The notes under the pieces: model-generated
Database searches by the model: none
What the model saw: only the letters and a program-made list of their open reading frames with translations
Told to the model about the DNA's origin: nothing
Shown: positions 56,506 through 64,000 of the stretch, one piece after another
How the letters are laid out: every line of letters starts with the position of its first letter
How positions within the stretch are numbered: the stretch's first letter is position 1
Origin: Eremomyces bilateralis CBS 781.70
Lineage: Eukaryota
Reading direction: 5' to 3' (one strand)
Length of the DNA stretch: 64,000 nt
Assembly: GCA_010015585.1 (NCBI GenBank)
Contig: ML975153.1
Program-made: the position numbers and the translations under genes

Positions 56506-57029
56506 ATGTCATCTCCGAGCTCCCAATTCCTCTTGCAGCCAAGAGACTCGACTCTGATCCAGCGTCGTAAACGAGCTCGACTCCGTCGGCTACTCTCCAA
56601 GATGCCTTTCAGGGTTCGAATCGCTTTGATCGGCATAATCATCTTCGTCGGTGAGTGTTCAAGGATCTCTAGGACTCTATCGGCATAGCTAACGTCAAAT
56701 TCTACAGTGACCTTCGTAACCGGAACGAAGTTCCCTCATATCATCCACAACTACGGTCCCGTACGTTTCCCCTATTTCCGCCTCCGATATCAACGTCTGT
56801 GTGATCGTTGACGAGAGCCCAGAAAGACCCAACGGATTCCGTCACACCATACTGCCCCTTCCCGACCCTCTGGATTAGCTTTTTCAGTGGGATGTCTGCT
56901 GGCGCAATGATCACCGTCCTGTTCGTTGCGGCAGCCACTGTGAAAGCGAATCCGTCACGAAGACAAGCGGGATTGGTGGGGCTTCTGTCTTTGTTAGGAC
57001 CGAAGAGTTCCCACGCCTTTCCAGTTTGA
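56506..57029 (+). CDS. Small orphan membrane protein, 134 aa (exons 56506-56650, 56708-56760, 56823-57029)
   Basis: Two canonical introns (GTGAGT..GCTAAC..CAG; GTACGT..GTTGAC..CAG) join three pieces in phase. The product has a basic N-terminus and two hydrophobic segments. Confidence 0.55.
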
Positions 57030-57616
57030 AAAGACCGTGATCTAGTGGGTAGGGAAATCGAGGATTGGAATAGCGGCAAAAATTTACTTGTCAGGACGGT
57101 TAAAATCTCGGTCATAACGTGCCAGTCGAGGGACGGTGAAACACTGCCACCACTGAATGGAACGGTTTCTTCCATCCACCATCGTTGGGAGACCTGATCC
57201 TATCGTGGATGGGGCTGGAGGGCATTCTGGATTTACAAATGCTGCGATTGTGTTCCACTCCGCTCGAATTACTCGCAGTGTGGTTGGAATCGTGCCACAG
57301 CGATATCAAAAGATGTGGATGCATGGTTTACACATCTGTAGACTGGAGGAACAGACTGATAGTGCGTCTAAATTTAGATCGGTCGTCAAACGACAACCCT
57401 AATCCGAGCATCCTCCAGCATCACGTATGAACACAGTACCTGGGTTCTATTCGCAAGAAAATGCGAGCATTCTTCGCGTGTATAATGCCTTGCGCTTTGA
57501 TATTCGGTATCCTGCGCTTCTCCACCCCGTGAAAATACAAGGACTCTACAACGCGATCCACTGCATCTCCTAAATTTGTCACCTAACAGCTCAAACTAGA
57601 TAACGGACCAATTAGG

Positions 57617-58294
57617 ATGCCAGCCTCCCCCGAATGGAAAGATACTACTGCGGTAGGGCTCTCGACCCTGCTATTGTACTGCAAGACAACACTGACTCTC
57701 ATCAAGCACAAGAAGCCTACTGCTAGTGCTGAGACTTGCCAGTCGTCTCATCAAAGGTGGGTTGGGTTGAATGGAGCCGCTAGGCAACGATTTTTGGAGG
57801 AGGAAGATTTTTCCAAGACGAACGAGGATGGGGTCGTTCGAATTAGGCATGTAAGGCTTATAACGCCATCAGCTGCTGCTCCATCGACTGAGTGATAGAA
57901 GGGAACCAACACGGTGAACGATTTGGTGCAGGACGGCTCGGCACCGACCGGCGCCACAAGCATGCCTGGGCGCTTCAATACAACCAAGGAGTGCAAAAGT
58001 CTCGCCCTTGAGAGCACCGTTCTGCGAGACGAAGATATCCAAGCTGCCCACGTCAAGCCTAGCATTGTGGATACTCAGAATGACCGAGACTCAGACGAAG
58101 AAAGACTCCAAGCCGAAATTGATGCTGACCTAGGCGGCATCCAAAAGGCTGTTCAACGACTGAAAGAACGGGCACTCGAGATCTCAAGAGACGTCGGAGG
58201 TCCCGTGTATGATTTGGAAGGGCAGGGAAGGAAGACTGATCGAACAGATGACAAGGTGCTTAGGAACCAGGCTAAGTTGGATAGACTCCGGTGA
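57617..58294 (+). CDS. Short Sec9-like protein with a single C-terminal SNARE-like helix, ~191 aa (exons 57617-57652, 57707-57850, 57899-58294)
   Basis: The C-terminus DSDEERLQAEIDADLGGIQKAVQRLKERALEISRDV...KTDRTDDKVLRNQAKLDRLR* resembles the Sec9 Qc helix. Both introns are canonical and phase 0. Confidence 0.6.
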
Positions 58295-58775
58295 AATGAT
58301 AAACGACAGAAGACTTGACACTTCTTTTACGGTATTGGTAGCCTTAAGCCATGTTTACCGTAGATTATGTATTCCTGTACCTATCGTACACACGGTACCT
58401 CTACCATGGGTAAGGTACGAAGGGTCCTCGAAGTTCTAGGCAGTATGAGGAACTTAATCCCCAAGAAAAATAGGAAATGGTCATAGTATAGCCTCTCCAC
58501 GAGTCGAATATTGTTGAAAATAGTGAAAGGCAGCGTTTCGGAAAGTCCCACATCGGCATCTCGGGAACATTTTCTGAATCTCAACCCGGAACCGATTTCA
58601 TCAAAGACTCGTTTCCCCACTTTAATTGATATACGACCGGACTTGAATTTGAGCATCCATCTTGGCCTTTAAACTTCCCTCTCCACCGATCTTCCCGGCG
58701 ATCAGAAAGCTGCGCAGTCCGCTACTGATCCTACCATGATATTATGAGAAGACCGCTGGGTTTCCCAGCCCTACC

Positions 58776-60023
58776 ATGAGTCCCTCAATCCCCCTCCCCT
58801 CTGCACCCCGCGACATACAACCCTCTCCTCTCCCTCGCGATGACGATGATACCAAGCCATCCACCGACGCCGACCGACGCGCCCCCCGAACCTCCGCCGC
58901 AACCGGCACCTCCGCCGCCGGCATCCGCGCCCTCTCCCAGCAATTCGTCGCCTTCTACTTCCGCGCCCCCGTGAAAGCCTTCTTCCGTACCCGCGTCGAC
59001 TACCTCGCCTACGCCCGCGCTATCAACCCGCGCTTCCACGCCCCCAATGCAAAATGGAGCATCCGTACCACCACCGCGGGGCTGCTCGCCCACGCCGTCC
59101 AGGAGGAGGGCTGGGGCGTGCTGCATCGCCAGGTGCTGCCACCGCTGCTCGCGAACGTGAGCGTTGGCGCGGTGCTGTATACCTCGTATCTGCAGACGCT
59201 GGGGCTGTTACATGAGCCATCGTCGCGGACGACAAAGCGGGTGTATCCGCCGCCGACGGCGACGGACGTGTTCACAGCGGGGGCGATCGGCGGGGGGATC
59301 TCGTGTCTGTTTGCGGCGCCGTTGGACGCGATCCAGGCGCGATTTAAGACGAGCGAGATCCTGGAAGGGCGGCATCGGTCGATGTGGGCGTATTCGCGGC
59401 AGAAGCTGGTGGCGATCGGGTTCTTTGGGGTTTTTGCTGGGTTTGGGTTGTCGTTGGCACGCGATGCGTTGGGATATGGCGCGTTCTTCACGGCGTTTGA
59501 AGTCACAAAGAATCAGGCGTACTACGCATTTCTGGAGAGATTTTATGGGGGAGAGTCCGCGATAGGCGATACCCATGGCGATGAGCCGGAAAAGGTTATA
59601 CGACCGCATTATATTCTCGATCCAGCGTTCCTGTTGCTTGCAGGCGCGGCGGCAACCGCCCTGCAGCAGACAGTCGTGCATCCGATTGCTCAGATCCAGC
59701 TCGTTCATTACAATCGGCTCGAATCCATCGACTTCGGAGCGGCAGTAGACTCGAAGCATCCTGCTTCCACGATAAAGATGATGCGGCTGTATTATCACGC
59801 ATACGCCAAGACCTTCGAACAATGTTCTCGACAAGCTCAACGAGTCGGAGGATGGAGGCGGTGGCTGTATCTGAATTTCTGGGGCACCACCATCCGCCAG
59901 GTCCCCAGCTCCAGCGCCGGATTGATCATGTTCGAAATCTTCCGGCGGCGATTCGCTGACCGTGATGGGGAGGTGGAACATGTGATTTTGAGGACAGGCA
60001 ACGGATCGATTCATGTTACCTGA
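58776..60023 (+). CDS. Mitochondrial carrier family protein
   Basis: Carrier signature AAPLDAIQARF, FAGFGLSLARDALGYGAFF..FE..K, degenerate repeats RAPVKAF and HPIAQIQ, terminal RQVPSSSAGLIMFE. Confidence 0.85.
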   Translation: MSPSIPLPSAPRDIQPSPLPRDDDDTKPSTDADRRAPRTSAATGTSAAGIRALSQQFVAFYFRAPVKAFFRTRVDYLAYARAINPRFHAPNAKWSIRTTTAGLLAHAVQEEGWGVLHRQVLPPLLANVSVGAVLYTSYLQTLGLLHEPSSRTTKRVYPPPTATDVFTAGAIGGGISCLFAAPLDAIQARFKTSEILEGRHRSMWAYSRQKLVAIGFFGVFAGFGLSLARDALGYGAFFTAFEVTKNQAYYAFLERFYGGESAIGDTHGDEPEKVIRPHYILDPAFLLLAGAAATALQQTVVHPIAQIQLVHYNRLESIDFGAAVDSKHPASTIKMMRLYYHAYAKTFEQCSRQAQRVGGWRRWLYLNFWGTTIRQVPSSSAGLIMFEIFRRRFADRDGEVEHVILRTGNGSIHVT

Positions 60024-60132
60024 CTGCCAGATATGGAGACAGGATAGATATAAGATACCCCATTTCCCTTTGATAGATGATGTACATACCAACGCCGAGA
60101 AATGCCACCACACGCTGATACAGTGGACAAAA

Positions 60133-61240
60133 TTATGATACAGATTCCGCCTCCACGGCTACATCAGAGACTTCCGCCGCCGCGTCAGATGTGGCTGCTT
60201 TCTGGGCAAGTAGATGAGCTGGGATCGACGGGACGTCTGGCCAAGCTTTGCGAAGGGCATCTTTGATCTTGATCATCCCTTTCCTTGGCCCTGGTACAGC
60301 TCCTAAAGACGGGTTAGCTCTCGTCGTTGATCATAAGTTCGAGGGCAACTTACCTTTGACCAAAATGAGATCGTTCTCCGCGTCAACCTGTACTACCTTC
60401 AAGCTACAAACCGTGACTGAATGGCCACCCATTCTACCAGGCATCTTCTTCCCAGGAATGACTCTTGAACCACCACCTTGACCCGCACCGGACGAACCCA
60501 TGGCTCTGTGTGCCAACGAATTACCATGCGAAGCCGGTTGACCTTTCCAGCCGTGTCTTTTCATACCCTATTATACATCAATTAGCACGACTGTAATCAG
60601 TCGAAGTCCCGAATGTTCAACTTACACCTGCGAATCCCTTCCCCTTTGAAGTCGCCTTCACGTCCACGAATTGACCTACAATCAGCCAATCCGCCCTGAT
60701 GCATGTCCCGATTGGCACCAGCCCGTCCTTGCCCTTCACCCGGAACTCCGTAATGTCGGCCTTCGGAGGGACTTCATTCTTATGAAAGTGACCCAGCTCC
60801 GCCCGCGTCGTCTTCATCGGGTTTTTCGACCCACTCCCAACCTGCACGGCGTAGTACCCATTCGCCTTCTTCGTCTTGTGACCCACCACCTGCAACCGAT
60901 CCATCTGCAGCACCGTGCAAGGGATGCGCTCGCCCGTCTCCTTGTCGAAGATCCCCATCATGCCCTTCTTGATCGCGGTGATGCCCGTCCGATGGGGGAA
61001 CGTGAACTGTTTGCGGGATAGGGCGCCGGCCCGTGAAGATTCCAGCGGAGGGTAGCGGGGATCGTGGTTGAAACGGGAGAAGACGGGGGGATTCATGATG
61101 CTGCGCATGGTTCGGCGGGATTGGTGTTGTACGGGAGGTGGAGGGCGGAAGGAGGTGGTGCGGGTGGAGATCGGGCGGCGCGAAGGATTTGATATTCGGA
61201 TGCATCGCCATGACGGCGGCCGGAGGTGTGAGGGCGGCAT
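60133..61240 (-). CDS. MRPL9: Mitochondrial ribosomal protein uL3m, 3 exons
   Basis: Arg/Ser-rich presequence, RTG..AIKKGM, GYYAVQVG, GQFVDV...SKGKGFA|GGMKRHGWKGQPASHGNSLAHRAMGS, GKKMPGRMGG, VKG|AVPGPR. Confidence 0.95.
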
Positions 61241-61553
61241 TGCGCCGGATATAAATGAGCAATGGGTAATGCTGAGAAGATATCGCGGTGATCAAGAATC
61301 CTTCGAATAATTTCATGGCAGTTCACGAAGCTGGAGGGTTTCTCGGTAGAACTTCGGACGTTGATCTTCCCCCTGTCCTGTCCAACTCGATTCCCTGATC
61401 TCCTCCATGTCTCGCGTGCTCATCTCAACTTTTCAACCTCCACCTCCATCATTGCCGTCCCAATTGCCGTAGATATAAGGAAGATTTAAGATTGTTGTAA
61501 TTATGTTACAAATGTGAAGTCTTGATATTCACCTTCATATTTCTTTTGTTTTC

Positions 61554-62729
61554 ATGTCTTCATTGATTCCCTCTCGGATTCTCTCTCAAATTCCAGCTCA
61601 AGTCTCAGTCATGTCTTCAAAACCAGCATTAGCAATCCTAGATGACTATCTGTCAATCTCACAGAAGCATTTTGCACATATCCCTTCCGAATATATTCGG
61701 GTTGATGTCTTCGATGATGCCATTTCAGCCCAGAGTGTTCCTGGAGATCGGTCATCTCCTGTCAACCCCGAGCTTATCAAACGACTACAACCCTACACGG
61801 CAATCTTAGCAATGAGAGAGCGCACTGCTCTACCAGGAGATCTACTTCGGGCCCTTCCGAATCTCAAAGTCATCTTCACAACTGGGGCCCAGTTCCGCAG
61901 CTTTGATCTTGTGACCGCCAAAGAGCTCGGGATTCGGATGGCAACCGCCACCGGAAAAGGTCGAACAGACGGCAAAGGGATTCAAGTTCATCGAAAAATT
62001 GATCCCAAGAAAGGTGGTGTCCACCCTACTACACAACATACATGGGCACTGATCCTAGCGCTCGCCAATCGCGTCGTTCAAGATGACAATGCGGTCAAGG
62101 CTGGGAACTGGCAAGGTGGGCTGATGACTGCTCTAGCCGGAAAGACGATAGGGATCGTTGGACTTGGAAAGCTGGGAGGAGCCGTTGCACGGATCGCGGT
62201 CGTCGCTTGGGGGATGAAAGTTATCTGCTGGAGCTCTTCCCTGACCCAGGAGAAGGCCGACGAAACTGCACGATCGTTCGGGTTAGATCCAGATCAGGAT
62301 GGCGCGAAGACATTCCGCGTCGTTGAAAAACCCGAGCTTTTCCGCACCGCGGATGTCGTCAGCATCCATTACGTTCTGAGCGACCGCTCACGTGGGATTG
62401 TCGGCAAAGAGGAGCTGGACTTCATGAAGCCAACCGCCTTCCTTGTGAATACCTCAAGGGGTCCTTTGGTGAATGAAGGAGCGCTGCTGGATGTCCTCGA
62501 ACGCGGAAAGATTCAGGGTGCAGCCTTCGACGTGTTCCCCGTTGAGCCGCTTCCTGCCGATAGTCCCTGGCGATCGCAGAAATGGGGAACCGAAGGACGA
62601 AGCACGCTTTTGACGACACCGCATATGGGCTATGTTGAAGAGCAGACGCTGAACGCTTGGTATGCCGAAACTGCAGAGAATGTCGAAAGATGGCTTGATG
62701 GCCAAGAGCTGTTGAATCCGGTGCTGTAG
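61554..62729 (+). CDS. D-isomer specific 2-hydroxyacid dehydrogenase
   Basis: LAILDDY, AMRERT, GKTIGIVGLGKLG, ADVVSIHYVLSDRSRG, LVNTSRGPLV, AFDVFPVEPLP, TPHMGYV. Confidence 0.93.
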   Translation: MSSLIPSRILSQIPAQVSVMSSKPALAILDDYLSISQKHFAHIPSEYIRVDVFDDAISAQSVPGDRSSPVNPELIKRLQPYTAILAMRERTALPGDLLRALPNLKVIFTTGAQFRSFDLVTAKELGIRMATATGKGRTDGKGIQVHRKIDPKKGGVHPTTQHTWALILALANRVVQDDNAVKAGNWQGGLMTALAGKTIGIVGLGKLGGAVARIAVVAWGMKVICWSSSLTQEKADETARSFGLDPDQDGAKTFRVVEKPELFRTADVVSIHYVLSDRSRGIVGKEELDFMKPTAFLVNTSRGPLVNEGALLDVLERGKIQGAAFDVFPVEPLPADSPWRSQKWGTEGRSTLLTTPHMGYVEEQTLNAWYAETAENVERWLDGQELLNPVL

Positions 62730-63117
62730 CTAAGGAGACAACCCGAGTTCCTAAACTGTCCCTGCGCAATGCAAGTGGTGGTCGGAAGAGGGAATTTCCG
62801 TCCATCTATCGTCATTCAGTCACAGTTCCCTAGTCATGAGATGCTCAAAACTAACTATACGCAATATTCCTCACCGTGAATTGCCATATGGATGTATTCT
62901 TTTGCCACTCAAGTTTTCTTCAAAGCTAGCACAACTTCCGGTCTATCAAGTTCTTTCGCCGCGCAAGATACGACGCCAGTCAAAGCAGGACTCCGATGCG
63001 ACATTTTGAGCTCGTGTATAGGGCCGTTCGGCATACCCCTCCCCTTCACCGTTCTCACACCCAATTTCCGCTCCCCGCAGTCCCCCCAGCCCACATCCAA
63101 CCCCCCGGCCTTAATCA

Positions 63118-64000
63118 ATGGTAAAACCAATCCCCCCCTACGAACTCGCCGCCTCCTGGCCCTTCCCCTCCCCCAACCCCTCCACCCGCGGCCCCGTCCT
63201 CCTCCTCCTCCCCCTCGTCTTCACCACCCTCACCCTCCTCACCCTCTCCCTCCGCCTCTACGTCCGCCTCCGCCTCATCAAGTGCCTCTATCGCGAGGAC
63301 CACCTCATCGTGCTCGCGGGTCTCGGCGCGGTCGGCCTCGGCGCCGTGGTCGCGCACGCGCACACCGTCGGGTGGGATCGGCATCAGTGGGACCAGCGCC
63401 TGGAGTGGTTCGAGGCGAGCGAGTTGGATATGTGGTTGGTGCAGCTTTTCTTTATCGTGATCATGGCCTTCGTGAAGTTGAGTACACTGGCGCTGTATGG
63501 GCGGATGACGGTGGGAATATCCATTCCGTATTACAAGATCGTGAACCGGGGGATGATTCTGGTGATGATTGGGTGGGGCGTGGGATTCTTTACGGCGACG
63601 GTGTTTGGTTGCTGGCCGATTGAGATGTATTGGAAGAGTAGGAGTGGGGATGAGTGTACGAATGAGTATGTTCGGTTGGCGGTGGGCACGATCGTCAATA
63701 TCGTGACGGATTTTGTGGTCGTGTTGATGCCGTTGCCTATCATATGGAAACTACAAAGGCCTATGCGTGAAAAGATCATATTATGGATTTTGATGGCGGT
63801 AGGTCTTATGTAAGTCACCCATATTTTCCCCTGACCTTCGCATGGAACGAGTGTGTTCAACAGTGTCTCCAGAGCATCCGCGGTATCCATCGCACGAACA
63901 ATAGTCATGTTCGAAGCGATGTCCAACTACGATACCACCTGTTTGTCCCCCCTCCGCTCTCACCGACCTCATTACTAACCACACCAGGGCTTGGCGGCCT
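63118..64000 (+). CDS. PTH11-like/rhodopsin-domain integral membrane protein (runs off the window end)
   Basis: SWP.P.P.TRG, LRLYVR...EDHLI, G.DRH.WD, VKLS.LALY.R, C.PI..YW, NIVTDFVV.LMPLP.IWKLQ.P.REK. GTAAGT intron at 63810. Confidence 0.85.

Noticed and set aside
59208..60113. 301-aa minus ORF
   Set aside because: Antisense to the mitochondrial carrier gene.

Overview
Eukaryotic DNA from a filamentous ascomycete (Pezizomycotina). It is gene-dense, with short GT-AG introns and CTRAC/GCTAAC branch sites. About 22 protein-coding genes can be supported. Housekeeping genes include a CNBP/Gis2 zinc-knuckle protein, RNase H2A, Seb1/Nrd1, Trs120, Sed5, Mpp10, mitochondrial uL3 and a mitochondrial carrier. 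Accessory or metabolic genes include a HeLo-like-N + ankyrin protein, DUF4470/MYND, LOG, an erythromycin-esterase family protein, NmrA-like, an MFS transporter, an MDR reductase, a tautomerase, a D-2-hydroxyacid dehydrogenase and a PTH11-like protein. There are two repeat-derived patches. The first, at 1-1450, is a RIP-like mutated MULE relic. The second, at 27000-33400, holds a 2.8-kb non-canonical Helitron-like element with recognisable asymmetric termini, an intact Pif1 helicase ORF and no Rep domain. Main items not shown by the ORF track: that element's termini; a 278-bp TA-flanked MITE sitting in an otherwise open frame; an in-phase 489-nt intron that can join two giant ORFs into a ~3,050-aa protein; a spliced Sec9-like single-SNARE gene that appears to lack the zero-layer Gln; a hidden 3-exon two-TM orphan gene; and a recurrent C-rich to G-rich switch inside genes. 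No rRNA, tRNA or CRISPR array was found. All family assignments come from motif recognition by eye; no searches were run.
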